The notes: generated by a model from the letters alone, not told the origin. 64,000 nt of DNA from Ignavibacteriota bacterium (GCA_963776275.1 CAVZMI010000029.1:29355-93354), one strand, 5' to 3'; counted from the stretch's first letter, positions 18,513-28,240 are shown. Numbers and translations are program-made.

Positions 18513-20352
18513 TACGGAGTTTTTCCCCTTTCTCTGAAGCATGCTCATCATCATGGCATTCGCGGCATAGTACTTCCAAATTGTCCATCTCATTATTATG
18601 TCGATCCCTATCTTTATGATGGACATGTAAACTAAATACTGAGCCACAACGTTCACATTCCTTTTTCTTTCCATAAATGCCAAAAGCATATTTCCGGTAT
18701 GATTTACGTCCGTCTTTAAATCTCGGTGCCTGAATTTTCACCTTCCCATAATTAGGATTCAAAGAGCCTATTTTTGAATCTGATATTTTTTTAATCGAAG
18801 GATTAGAACCTTTATTTTTACCGCTATTCCACGAAGGCTTGCCTTTTAACCATTGACCCCAAGAACCATCCTGCACCTTCTTTTTGATAGCGAGATGTGC
18901 TTTTTCAATTATTCGTTTTCTTTCTTCGGGATCTTTGTATCTCTCGTAGAGTGCTTCACTTTTATTTCTCCATTTCAAGCCGTAATTATTCATCCATCGT
19001 CTCACTGTGTCAGGACTCACGCCATATTGTTTTGACATTTGCAAAATTGACATGTGATGGATATTATGTTTCTCAGATAATTCTTCCGCGGTAGGTTTAT
19101 ATTTTGCTTCTAATTCAACAACCATATCGCCTGGAATAATTTCATCTATTTTCGCCCAATAAAATTTTTCATTCCGTTTTATTAATATTTCGTGTTTAGA
19201 GGTCGATTTTAATTCAATTCCATTATCCGTCGTGAGCCGATTAAACTTTCCAATATATTCACGCACATTCTTTCCAATTACTTTTTGATGCTTTCCTCGA
19301 TGCGTAAAAACTTCATCGCCCTCTTGGATATCTTTTATTTTCTTCCTCTCTCCATTTGATAGGCTAATTATTGCATCTCCATAAAAACAATATGGGTGAA
19401 GAGGTATGACAGGCATTGACAGTTCGTGATGTGCTCTTTGAACTAATCCCGGATTTCCGTTTTCATCGATTACTTTTTTATACGGTGATGAACTCCGGCC
19501 AATATTGTCCTTCCCCGTCCACACGACGTTAGTCCATAGCCATGATCGCCGTTGATATTCCTTGCTCTCTGGATCAAAGTTGCCATAAGTCATATCCTCG
19601 GCAGGCTCTATCACTGGAAATATTTTGCCATCAATAAGCCGACTACATTGTGGACAGCAATTGATCAGAGACATTCCTATTACCCAATCACTGGGTGGTA
19701 CCTGTGCCAGATATCCATTGTTGAAAGCAGCATTCGTTTCGGTGATCGCGACTCTCTTCCAATCCCTGTTCAGTTCGTGCTCATCATCAAAGAATTCTGT
19801 TTCCAATGCCCGTCGAAAATCCCGGACACTGCCACGATTCTTAAGATTATCATATAAGAGTTCTTGTATCCTACTCACGGTCCGACCGGTAGCGTTTGTC
19901 AAATTCTTCGCACCGTTCGAAACGCTCCATTCCAAAGCTTTTGTCTCGCGGACTGTTAGTTTGTAATCTCTTGCTGCATCCCGAATTCGTGCTGGAAGTT
20001 TTTCTATATCGAGTATTTTTCGAGGCGGTACTGGCGGAAGAGTCTCACTCTTCTCAATCAATTTGCCGATGATGAATCCCCTTACTAACCATGTCTCTAT
20101 CTCCGGCATTTTCCCATAAAAATATTTCCGGATGAATGAATCGATATCCTGAAGATCTTGAAGTGTGGGTATCGCACCCTCCTTCAATCTTCCTGCCAGA
20201 TATTTATTCAGCGATTCATAGAATTTCTCAATTTCGAAAGAAGAATGGAATTGCTTCTCAAGTATTCCTAATTCTTCAAGGTGTTGTATGCCTCCTGGCT
20301 GAGTTTGAAGCTTCTGGAATACATCTCTTGATATTTTAAGAGGTGCTGTCAT
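18481..20352 (-). CDS. MuF/SPP1-gp7-like head protein N-part plus N-intein plus HTH-HNH homing endonuclease
   Basis: 'RDWKRVAITE', 'CCPQC', 'PLHPY|CFYGDAII' (intein Cys1 at 19387-19389), 'STSKHEI' block B, 'HHKDRDRHNN..NLEVLCRECH' HNH. Confidence 0.88.
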   Translation of the reverse strand: MTAPLKISRDVFQKLQTQPGGIQHLEELGILEKQFHSSFEIEKFYESLNKYLAGRLKEGAIPTLQDLQDIDSFIRKYFYGKMPEIETWLVRGFIIGKLIEKSETLPPVPPRKILDIEKLPARIRDAARDYKLTVRETKALEWSVSNGAKNLTNATGRTVSRIQELLYDNLKNRGSVRDFRRALETEFFDDEHELNRDWKRVAITETNAAFNNGYLAQVPPSDWVIGMSLINCCPQCSRLIDGKIFPVIEPAEDMTYGNFDPESKEYQRRSWLWTNVVWTGKDNIGRSSSPYKKVIDENGNPGLVQRAHHELSMPVIPLHPYCFYGDAIISLSNGERKKIKDIQEGDEVFTHRGKHQKVIGKNVREYIGKFNRLTTDNGIELKSTSKHEILIKRNEKFYWAKIDEIIPGDMVVELEAKYKPTAEELSEKHNIHHMSILQMSKQYGVSPDTVRRWMNNYGLKWRNKSEALYERYKDPEERKRIIEKAHLAIKKKVQDGSWGQWLKGKPSWNSGKNKGSNPSIKKISDSKIGSLNPNYGKVKIQAPRFKDGRKSYRKYAFGIYGKKKECERCGSVFSLHVHHKDRDRHNNEMDNLEVLCRECHDDEHASEKGEKLRNEKGQFQSKV

Positions 20353-20702
20353 TCGACGGAACCATGATTCTTGTCATTCCAATATTGCATCCATGCTTCA
20401 ACCATCCGTTCCACCATTTCTTTTGGTAGGCCTGTTGAGTTTGTCACCCTATCGATCGCCTCGTCTTTGGTACCATTGATCGTCTGTGGTGCTATAGGTA
20501 CATTGATACGGAAGGGTTGTCCAAAAACACAGCTGTTATAGACATTACCAGCTATGCCCCGCTGCCCGGATTTATGCATTTTGAGAATCTGCATTTCCTG
20601 CGAGAATATATCTTTCTTTTTCTGTCGATCCTGTGCGTGAATAGACTGCTCTGATTCGATGCCGAATACGCTTTTGCCGAATGCTTCGATCTTCAATTTC
20701 AT
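20349..20702 (-). CDS. Hypothetical protein
   Basis: 117 aa, ATGA-coupled at both ends. Confidence 0.6.
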   Translation of the reverse strand: MKLKIEAFGKSVFGIESEQSIHAQDRQKKKDIFSQEMQILKMHKSGQRGIAGNVYNSCVFGQPFRINVPIAPQTINGTKDEAIDRVTNSTGLPKEMVERMVEAWMQYWNDKNHGSVE

Positions 20703-21118
20703 AAACCTTCTCCTGTTATTTGTCCTTCAAAATTCTTCTTTATTTTTTGTGCTTCTATGAGTTGAATCCTCAAATATTTATTTACTTCTTCAAGATCGAG
20801 TTCTACTGCCAGCTGATTCTTCAGTTCCTGCAGGTATTGCCATCGCTCCGGGTGTTCTTTTCTGACCCATACTTGGTACTCTATCTCCGTCATGCTTGAT
20901 AAGTGTTTGTACTTATGACAACAGATGCACAAACATATTCCGTTCAGTAAGTTCCATCGTAGTCTCAGATTCCCCCGGGTGACAATGTGATCTGCTTCAA
21001 AATCCTTTTCCTCTCCTTCTTGACCGCAGCGTTCACAAACGCACGGTGCGCGAATGATTCTCCGCCATAGATCGTCGTTCGATTCATGAAGCTTATCACG
21101 ATCGTACTCCGTCGTCAC
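20699..21118 (-). CDS. HNH endonuclease (NinG-like)
   Basis: 'CERCG..EADHIVTRG..LRWNLLNGICLCICCH'. Confidence 0.8.
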   Translation of the reverse strand: MTTEYDRDKLHESNDDLWRRIIRAPCVCERCGQEGEEKDFEADHIVTRGNLRLRWNLLNGICLCICCHKYKHLSSMTEIEYQVWVRKEHPERWQYLQELKNQLAVELDLEEVNKYLRIQLIEAQKIKKNFEGQITGEGL

Positions 21119-21672
21119 TTACTCAATCCTCTGTAAATCAATGTGGCTGCCACAACACCAGCACCAAACCAAATTTCTTTCTTCTCATACCAGGGTATCT
21201 CCTGCAGCAATGGTATGATCTCTTTGATTTGGACCTGCTTCAATCGTATTTCACAGCTATCTCGCGTATGCATCATTAACTTCGTGATAGGATCGGCTTT
21301 TATACTCCAATGTGTGATGATCCTGGCACCTTCGGTCTCCGCCGTATCGATGTAATGCTCTTCAAATGGCTGAGCCAGATCTCGGATAATCATTTTTAGA
21401 CTGTCAAGGTTATCTTTAAGGCTACCGGCTGCCGTCATCAAACTATCTATCCTTGCCTGCTCTACTTTTGTCGCTTTTACCGGTTGTGCTTTCTTAGTTT
21501 CGGACTTCGGTGGAAGCTGAATCGGTGGCAAATTTATTCTCAGAGTATCCATCTGATGTGGTAACATAGCAATACGATTTCGCTCATGACTTACACCTGT
21601 AAAAAACCCTCCACCAAATAATAATGCGATTATTATTATTGCCAACAAAAACCATTTAATCGTGTCCTTCAT
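21115..21672 (-). CDS. Membrane protein with N- and C-terminal hydrophobic segments (possibly spanin-like)
   Basis: N-terminal TM; C-terminal 'PWYEKKEIWFGAGVVAA'; function inferred only. Confidence 0.45.
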   Translation of the reverse strand: MKDTIKWFLLAIIIIALLFGGGFFTGVSHERNRIAMLPHQMDTLRINLPPIQLPPKSETKKAQPVKATKVEQARIDSLMTAAGSLKDNLDSLKMIIRDLAQPFEEHYIDTAETEGARIITHWSIKADPITKLMMHTRDSCEIRLKQVQIKEIIPLLQEIPWYEKKEIWFGAGVVAATLIYRGLSK

Positions 21673-21943
21673 TGTTAACTCTCCTTATGATATTCACCAT
21701 GGATGGCGGTGGGTAAACAAAATCGTGTCGTCTGCAAGTGACCAATATCTGTGATTGATTCTTTCTTCTTTCAAGCCGTAGGTCATAGAATATTTCACCT
21801 TCCGTCTCATAGATGCTTTCGATTATCGCATGACAATTAAACTCCAAACAAAACACCCTGTCCCTGCTCTGCGGTGACTCCTGTTCTTTGTATATCACCG
21901 TTGTCCCCCTCCATTGAATTCCCCTGCTCCCGCTTACACTCAA
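21656..21943 (-). CDS. Hypothetical protein
   Basis: Co-oriented 95-aa ORF; start uncertain. Confidence 0.4.
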   Translation of the reverse strand: MSVSGSRGIQWRGTTVIYKEQESPQSRDRVFCLEFNCHAIIESIYETEGEIFYDLRLERRKNQSQILVTCRRHDFVYPPPSMVNIIRRVNNEGHD

Positions 21944-22136
21944 TACTTGCTGCCAGTTTCCTGTTTATACATCGTGTTCGGTGATGTATGTAGCAATGAG
22001 CAAGCCGCATTCCATCAACCGCTAAATTTTCAAATCCATCTATAGTCTTGAAAAAGTTCAAGGATTCTATTGGACAGCTGCATTCCGATTCTGAAGTTGA
22101 TATCTTGCGACTTTTTCTGTGATAAATTCTTTCCAT

Positions 22137-23846
22137 TTATTCCGGCTCTCCATACTGCTCGATGAGCTGACGATCCTTTTCACTCAGTTCATTTCCTCCC
22201 TGTCCCTCTCCTGGACCGGCTGGCTGCTGCTGCATTGCCTGTTGCTGCTGCGCTGCTTCTTCCTGTTGCTTCTGCTGTGCTATCATCCGGATAAATGATT
22301 GTACTGCTGTGCTATCGATTGCCGGCATGTCATAAATATTCATATCTCCGAGCATCAGCCTCGCCGGTTCTTCCCCGTTCTCCTTCCGGATGCTGTTGAT
22401 CGATGTATCGATCGATATCCGCTGTTTATTAACACTCATCTTCGCCTTCATATCCTCATCGGCAAGGCCTTTAAAATCGATCTTCACTGGTAATCTGGTG
22501 ATTTCTTCAAATACTGTCACTCCCGATGTGGTAAGGGTGTTCAAAGTGTTTTCAGCGTGGTTTAAGAAAGTTTTCAATCCGTTGTCTCTGGATTCTTTCC
22601 ATACGCCATCTTTATTCTCTTCATTGAGCCTGCTGCCCTTCATCGCATCCTGAAAACTTGCAATCCCCAGTTCGTTAGGGTTCGTTCCGGAGAGAGCGCA
22701 TACAATGCTGACAAAGAGTGTAAGTCCGGTATAGAATTCCAGTTCCTTCGGTGATGAATGGATGTTCACCCATTTCACATCACCCTTCTCCGGAACTCCA
22801 ATGATAGGTAGACGCCGCTGGTTCCCTACACCTGTCATTGTCGCCCATAGAATCTTCTTGAGTTTTTCCAGCTGCAGTGGATTCGACATTCCCCCGGTCA
22901 TCGCCAGCACCCCCATCGGTGTTCTGTTCGTAGAGAAGTTCGAAGCATTATATACGATCGCATTCAAGATAATCGTCGCAATCCGGATTGACTGTTCCAT
23001 GACCGAATATCCTCGGCGCCATTTTGTATATTCGGTACGTAAGAAGAAATGAGATTTTATAAGATGATCACGTGTCACAGCCTGCCACCTTTCATCCCCT
23101 CTGATCATCACGTATTCTTTATCCGGTAGCTCGATATCTTTATTATCTTTCCTGTCGACCAAATCCAATAGATCTTCGTCAACACGCGGCAAGGGGTAAT
23201 GTCTGACTTTCGGTATGATCGGTCTCCATAGGGATGGATCTTCGAGCTGCAAACCGATTGGATTATTTAGCGCATCACGGTGGATCCGGATAGTAATATC
23301 ATCTACGTCAAAAAAATCGTTGTACATCTGACCTAAAAACTTCGCCAAACTCGGCCTGGTCTCGCCGGCAGGGAAGAATAGTTTCTGCTGGAATCTTGAT
23401 TCCCATTGCTCTAATTCCTTCTTCTGATCTTCAGTGGGATCAAAGCTTGGATTCTTCCATATTAGGCTAAAGCCTGTATCCCTACCGTATTTCCGTGAAC
23501 TTGATAGCTCAGCAAAATCTGTCAGCTGCAGCCGTCGCAGGTTTTTAATCATTGCAGGTATTTCCGTCTCCCCTGCCCTACGGAGATAGCGATATGGAAT
23601 GTCACGGCCGGTAGCGATGTCAATCCATTTGTACTTTTCATCTTCGCTTGTCGTCAGTAGAAGGCTTTCATAGAGCAACGCCGTCAATTTTTCGCCTTCT
23701 TTTTTTACCATCTGTAGTTCCGACATATCCTTCTCATACTGCTCTCTGAGTTTAGGATCCTTGTCGATTTCTTCGACAATCGCCGGATTTGATTTTACCA
23801 GGCTGTCTACTAAATTCCCCGCTACTTGGTCATCGAGTTCCAACAT
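22137..23846 (-). CDS. Portal protein (Twort/SPO1-like)
   Basis: Start at MLELDD (23846); 'RGYSVME', 'YNASNFS..TPMGVL', 'SPKELEF', 'NPNELG'; Q-rich tail. Confidence 0.88.
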   Translation of the reverse strand: MLELDDQVAGNLVDSLVKSNPAIVEEIDKDPKLREQYEKDMSELQMVKKEGEKLTALLYESLLLTTSEDEKYKWIDIATGRDIPYRYLRRAGETEIPAMIKNLRRLQLTDFAELSSSRKYGRDTGFSLIWKNPSFDPTEDQKKELEQWESRFQQKLFFPAGETRPSLAKFLGQMYNDFFDVDDITIRIHRDALNNPIGLQLEDPSLWRPIIPKVRHYPLPRVDEDLLDLVDRKDNKDIELPDKEYVMIRGDERWQAVTRDHLIKSHFFLRTEYTKWRRGYSVMEQSIRIATIILNAIVYNASNFSTNRTPMGVLAMTGGMSNPLQLEKLKKILWATMTGVGNQRRLPIIGVPEKGDVKWVNIHSSPKELEFYTGLTLFVSIVCALSGTNPNELGIASFQDAMKGSRLNEENKDGVWKESRDNGLKTFLNHAENTLNTLTTSGVTVFEEITRLPVKIDFKGLADEDMKAKMSVNKQRISIDTSINSIRKENGEEPARLMLGDMNIYDMPAIDSTAVQSFIRMIAQQKQQEEAAQQQQAMQQQPAGPGEGQGGNELSEKDRQLIEQYGEPE

Positions 23847-23906
23847 AGCCCACATCCCCCCTTTACAACTCTGAAAATTCAAATTTACATTGTGACACAA
23901 AGTCTT

Positions 23907-24422
23907 TTATGCTGTTAAATATTTTCTTCTGCGGCCAAGTTGTATATTGCTGATTGCTGTCGGCGATATCATGAATCTATCCGCAATTTCGCGCTGGGTT
24001 ATTTTCCCTCTCAAGTTTCTTATCTCCAGCACTTGCTCGTCTGTCAGTTTAGCTTCGGGATGTTTTTCACCTTCCAAAAATGTTCCATCCCTAATTCGAT
24101 CCTCTTTCTGATTTTTCGATTTCGTGCCCCACGATAAATTAGCAATAGAATTATCATTTTTGCCGTTTGGTCCATGACAGCCCTCCATTCCGGGAGGACA
24201 TGAACCAACAAATGTGAGAAGCACAAGCCGATGGACTCGTAAATTTGGCTTATTCAAACCAAAATGTGCTATATTATATCCACGGCGATCTTTCCGTGGT
24301 TTCAGCTTTCTAATTCCGCGTTTATTTACTTTCGCGCCACCTATCGGCCTATTACTCCAAATATTTCCATCTGTATCGGCATAGTAATTTGGGTATCCGG
24401 GTATCGGTCTCATCTCAGCCAT
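23907..24422 (-). CDS. NUMOD4-HNH homing endonuclease
   Basis: 'RPIPGYPNY..DGNIWS', 'VHRLVLLTFVG', 'CHGPNGKNDN..NLSW', C-terminal HTH. Confidence 0.9.
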   Translation of the reverse strand: MAEMRPIPGYPNYYADTDGNIWSNRPIGGAKVNKRGIRKLKPRKDRRGYNIAHFGLNKPNLRVHRLVLLTFVGSCPPGMEGCHGPNGKNDNSIANLSWGTKSKNQKEDRIRDGTFLEGEKHPEAKLTDEQVLEIRNLRGKITQREIADRFMISPTAISNIQLGRRRKYLTA

Positions 24423-25090
24423 TATAAATCCACTCTCTCGCCCAGATCAACACCCGTTTCATCCGGGGCGGCTTTCGTTTCATCCGGCTGCGTCTCACGC
24501 AATATTCTTTGTTTCTGCTCATCCACTGTCAATTCAGATTTCGATAAATGTGTGGGAGGTTTTCCAATTGGTGCTGGTCGAGTATGTGTAAATCTCCGCT
24601 GGTGATCATAAGCAGCAGGTGTTGTTGGTGTCTCTTCCTGGACACCATTCTTTTCTTTCTCCTCCATGATCTCTTTCAGGATGTCCTCAATCACAGCCAC
24701 CGGGACTTCCAATTTACCCGACATCTCTTCTACAGAATAAGTTTTTGCATCTCCGAGCAATCGCTGCACTTGCCATCGTTGGAACTGCGCTGTGTACACG
24801 CTCGTTTCCAGCCAAATGTTCTTTTTGTTGAATAATTTCATCAGTTTTTCCGCGGAACGGGCAATCCATTTCCACGGACAGATCCCAAGCCATTCCCCGA
24901 ATGTTAGTCTATTGCTGTCTGCCATCTGCAACACTCCGAGGCATTGCTTCATTATCTTCTCGGATAGTGCATTTGTCCGGCTCCACCAGTTTAGTGCTTC
25001 CGATGCAGACTGATACATCTTCTCTTTTCTATTTCGTTCACGTTCTACCCTCCGATGAAGCTCTGCAATTTTCTTTTTCTGTGTGCTCAT
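24422..25090 (-). CDS. Hypothetical protein
   Basis: 222 aa, coupled to the next gene. Confidence 0.6.
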   Translation of the reverse strand: MSTQKKKIAELHRRVERERNRKEKMYQSASEALNWWSRTNALSEKIMKQCLGVLQMADSNRLTFGEWLGICPWKWIARSAEKLMKLFNKKNIWLETSVYTAQFQRWQVQRLLGDAKTYSVEEMSGKLEVPVAVIEDILKEIMEEKEKNGVQEETPTTPAAYDHQRRFTHTRPAPIGKPPTHLSKSELTVDEQKQRILRETQPDETKAAPDETGVDLGERVDL

Positions 25091-25129
25091 CTTTGCTATT
25101 CTCCCCTGGGAAATAAGACTGTAGTTTCC

Positions 25130-25381
25130 TCAATCTACTATTGTCGAATTGAAATGTTCGTCTGGATTGCTTACAACAAAAGCCCGATCAATCCAGTATT
25201 TTTCATCCAGCAAAAAATCACCCATTTTTTGTTCACTCGTTTTATCCCTAAATGCTGTATCAGAAAATCCAAGCTTACCACATAATTCTGTCACGGTTTT
25301 CTCGTCGTATCCTCCTGATTCAATTATTCTCCTTGCTTCCCGAACATTTGCAAGTATCTGTGAAAGCTTTTTAGTCTCCAC
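25130..25381 (-). CDS. Hypothetical protein
   Basis: 83 aa with SD AAGGAG. Confidence 0.55.
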   Translation of the reverse strand: METKKLSQILANVREARRIIESGGYDEKTVTELCGKLGFSDTAFRDKTSEQKMGDFLLDEKYWIDRAFVVSNPDEHFNSTIVD

Positions 25382-25416
25382 TATGTTGCTCCTTTCATCA
25401 CATGAGAAATAAAGTT

Positions 25417-25653
25417 TTAACTGATTGGTCTTAGTGGTGTGTAGTTCCCGAAATGTGATGCATGCAACGGATGCACTCCGCGATGTGCATGGCTACGGCG
25501 TATTCGATTACCGCGACGTAGAGCATTCTTCTTGCGATAATTTTGTTTCGGCTGTAGTCCCGGGTTCATTGACTTTACAATCCCACCGACAAAACCGGCC
25601 ATCACTTTCATTGGGCCTGGCTTCGCATGAATCGATTCGGATTTCTCTGCCAT
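25417..25653 (-). CDS. Basic hypothetical protein
   Basis: 78 aa, co-oriented. Confidence 0.45.
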   Translation of the reverse strand: MAEKSESIHAKPGPMKVMAGFVGGIVKSMNPGLQPKQNYRKKNALRRGNRIRRSHAHRGVHPLHASHFGNYTPLRPIS

Positions 25654-25675
25654 GTTTTGCCTTTCATTATGTTTA

Positions 25676-25972
25676 TTAAATGTGTGATTCTTTAATCTTT
25701 CCAGTATCTATGTCCAACGATAATCTTTGTTGTTGTTCGAGTATTGCCATTTCGAAATCGCCTAAATAATGCATCGCGAAATCACCCAACTCTACAACTT
25801 GGTCAATTGGTAAATTCAATTCTTTTGATATGATCTGTAGGAAAGCTGCTTTGGTAGGATCCTTTTTCTTCTCTTCTTCGAGGCGCTGTCGAATCAAAAT
25901 ATATCGTCTTGATAACTCTATGAGTTTGTCATCATCCTCGAAAATATTTTCGGGGCCGGTTATCGACGGCAT
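25676..25972 (-). CDS. Hypothetical protein
   Basis: 98 aa, co-oriented. Confidence 0.55.
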   Translation of the reverse strand: MPSITGPENIFEDDDKLIELSRRYILIRQRLEEEKKKDPTKAAFLQIISKELNLPIDQVVELGDFAMHYLGDFEMAILEQQQRLSLDIDTGKIKESHI

Positions 25973-26000
25973 ATGGACGGCTCGCTGAATGGATAGACAT

Positions 26001-26030
26001 AAAAAAAGGCATACACTTTTTGTGCTGCCT
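26001..26030 (-). terminator. Intrinsic terminator
   Basis: AGGCAGCAC-AAAAA-GTGTATGCCT followed by T-run. Confidence 0.75.
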
Positions 26031-26111
26031 CATTCAGTTTGGTTCGTTTCCACCATTCACTATACGAACCGATTCCGTTTCGTCTATTGTTGTGTTATCT
26101 CTTCTGGTCTA

Positions 26112-26531
26112 TTATTCTCCGTTAGTGTTAGACTGTTTTACTTCACATTCTTTGTTACATAAAGTTGTACAAATATATGAAATCTGATCTCCCATGTCAA
26201 GTGGTTTTTTGTCTTTTATCACTTCACCTGTATAAATTCCACCCTCCTCTTTGATCAGCTGCTCCTTCTCCGGATCGAAGCCCGATTCGATCAGTTCCTT
26301 AAACAGCCGGCAATCAATCCTTTCCAGTTCCTCCTGCAACTTCTGGATGTTCTGGGGCGTCGGTTCGCATCCGAATTGTTCTAAAATCACCCTACATTTT
26401 CGAGGTCTATTCTTCAATTCTGCTGGCGCTCTCCAAGCAAGATATTTCGCAATCTGCGCCGCTCTTCTATGTCTTACTATCTGATCCATTCCCTCATCCT
26501 TCAAATGGTCAATAAAAGTAAATTCCCTCAA
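26112..26531 (-). CDS. Hypothetical protein
   Basis: 139 aa, co-oriented; start uncertain. Confidence 0.5.
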   Translation of the reverse strand: MREFTFIDHLKDEGMDQIVRHRRAAQIAKYLAWRAPAELKNRPRKCRVILEQFGCEPTPQNIQKLQEELERIDCRLFKELIESGFDPEKEQLIKEEGGIYTGEVIKDKKPLDMGDQISYICTTLCNKECEVKQSNTNGE

Positions 26532-26602
26532 TAATTGACGAATCTCTTTTTTTATTACCCAGCATACAACCGCCCTGGAATCTCCTGACTAACTCCATGT
26601 TA

Positions 26603-26842
26603 TCAAACCAGCACCATTGAAGAAGTAGACAGAACCCCTCCTGCCAACTTCCAACTCCCTTGCTCCCATGTAGGTATGAAACCGGCCGAGATTGCCTTCT
26701 GAATAATTAGATCCCTTTTCTCTTTCAAGATTCGCACCTCGAACTCGGCTTCAATCCCCGGTTTGAGATCATCGAGCACGATGTCTTTGATCTGATTATC
26801 GATGTGATTCAACTGGTTTTCTATTTCTCTCACCCTATCCAT
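26603..26842 (-). CDS. Small protein with its own promoter
   Basis: ATG 26842 with SD GGGGAG. Confidence 0.55.
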   Translation of the reverse strand: MDRVREIENQLNHIDNQIKDIVLDDLKPGIEAEFEVRILKEKRDLIIQKAISAGFIPTWEQGSWKLAGGVLSTSSMVLV

Positions 26843-26866
26843 TGGCTCCCCCTCTTGTGCCAATAG

Positions 26867-26895
26867 ATAATATCACATAATATGATAAATGTCAA
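26867..26895 (-). promoter_or_regulatory. Sigma70-type promoter
   Basis: TTGACA-N17-TATTAT. Confidence 0.75.
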
Positions 26896-27173
26896 GTATT
26901 ATCTGACATTAGTTTCGTTCTATCGAGAATATTAAATACCTCTTCATTAAGTGGAGATACCTCATCAAACGTAACAGTTCTCTTTTCGTTGTATTTTTCA
27001 TAGGACGGACAACCTGACCAGCCTTTGATGGTTAATCGCCGTTGCCCATTGGGTTTAGCAATTCCTCTCTCATCGGTAAACGAATAGTGCTCAATTTCAA
27101 ATACTATTGGTTTCTTTACTGTTGTCTGTCCTTCCTCTTGTATCTCCTCAATCGTTATTCGACATTTAGGCAT
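26892..27173 (-). CDS. Hypothetical protein
   Basis: 93 aa, SD GAGGAG. Confidence 0.55.
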   Translation of the reverse strand: MPKCRITIEEIQEEGQTTVKKPIVFEIEHYSFTDERGIAKPNGQRRLTIKGWSGCPSYEKYNEKRTVTFDEVSPLNEEVFNILDRTKLMSDNT

Positions 27174-27357
27174 TTTTCTTTTCCTCCTCGTACTTCTGAC
27201 ACATCCACATTCTCAGGTATGGCGATAGTTTAAGGTGTAAGCCTGCTGCCCTCTGTTCGAACTCCGTCACCATTTCCTCTGGTAGCCCTATCTGTACCAT
27301 TTGTAACTTCTTCCCTGCATCATCTTCCCCGGTCTTTTTACGCTGTTTGGTCGCCAT
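27166..27357 (-). CDS. Ribbon-helix-helix (CopG-like) DNA-binding protein
   Basis: 'MVQIGLPEEMVTEFEQRAAGLHLKLSPYLR' RHH pattern. Confidence 0.55.
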   Translation of the reverse strand: MATKQRKKTGEDDAGKKLQMVQIGLPEEMVTEFEQRAAGLHLKLSPYLRMWMCQKYEEEKKNA

Positions 27358-27547
27358 GGTTTATCTCTTCGTCTTTTATTAGTGGATTCGGTACAGTCCA
27401 TCTGTTTGAGTAATTTGGACATTGTAGCGTCACTGTATCATTATTGTTAATTGAAATCACTTCGCCTTCACCATCACATTCTAAACAATACTTCTCTTCA
27501 CCTAAATGCTCCAGAATATCACGTTGATTTATTGTACTTGTACTCAT
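27338..27547 (-). CDS. Small Cys-containing protein
   Basis: 'CLECDGEG' DnaJ-type Zn knuckle. Confidence 0.5.
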   Translation of the reverse strand: MSTSTINQRDILEHLGEEKYCLECDGEGEVISINNNDTVTLQCPNYSNRWTVPNPLIKDEEINHGDQTA

Positions 27548-27747
27548 TCGGATATTGACCTCTGAACTGTTGTTTCCATCGATTCATCGAGCTCAAACGT
27601 ATGTGTATTAATACAACCCATTCCTCCAATGTTTCTCTTTACTTTTTCTTCTTCTTTCTCGGTAGGTTTTGTGCTGAACATCCTCACACCTATTATATCG
27701 CACTCTGCACATGAAACGGCAACCGTCACCCATTTCTTTTCACTCAT
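27544..27747 (-). CDS. Hypothetical protein
   Basis: 67 aa, SD GGGGG, downstream of a promoter. Confidence 0.55.
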   Translation of the reverse strand: MSEKKWVTVAVSCAECDIIGVRMFSTKPTEKEEEKVKRNIGGMGCINTHTFELDESMETTVQRSISE

Positions 27748-27774
27748 TTCTCGATCCCCCGGTTATTGCTTTCC

Positions 27775-27803
27775 AATGTAAGACAATACAATATAATACT
27801 CAA
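27775..27803 (-). promoter_or_regulatory. Sigma70-type promoter
   Basis: TTGAGT-N17-TACATT. Confidence 0.55.
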
Positions 27804-27997
27804 GTCAAGTTATCAGCTCTTCCCGGGCTGCCTGCCGACGTGCAAGAATCTTGCTGAATTTCTGGTTTTCCTGCTCTGTTTCCTCAATCGCCGAGTTAAT
27901 GGCACTCACTACTCTCTCGATCAGGATCCCGGGTTCCTGTGTAGGGGCTTTTTGAATAGCACCTTCGGCCAGTAAGTATACACGGTTCTTATCCATA

Positions 27998-28240
27998 TTA
28001 TTCCTCTTGCTGCTTTCGACCCTGTTCTTCCCGTTCACGTTGTTGTCGTCTTATCTCACGCGCTGGTTCCTCTTGTGGAAGTTTCTCCCTATCCCTTGTG
28101 GAGAGTTTTTCCTTAATGGTTTTCATCCAAATCCTATATATCAATGATCCCGCCTTCCTTATAATACGGGCATCAATCTTCTTTTCTTCTCTATTTGTTA
28201 GTTCAATTCGTTCTATTATCGCATCCTTCTTCTTGTTCAT
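27998..28240 (-). CDS. Hypothetical protein
   Basis: 80 aa, SD GGAG. Confidence 0.5.
   Translation of the reverse strand: MNKKKDAIIERIELTNREEKKIDARIIRKAGSLIYRIWMKTIKEKLSTRDREKLPQEEPAREIRRQQREREEQGRKQQEE

Noticed and set aside
26118-26615. Possible cassette bounded by GTTAGTG and GACTAAC
   Set aside because: No correctly spaced L''/L' boxes or right arm.
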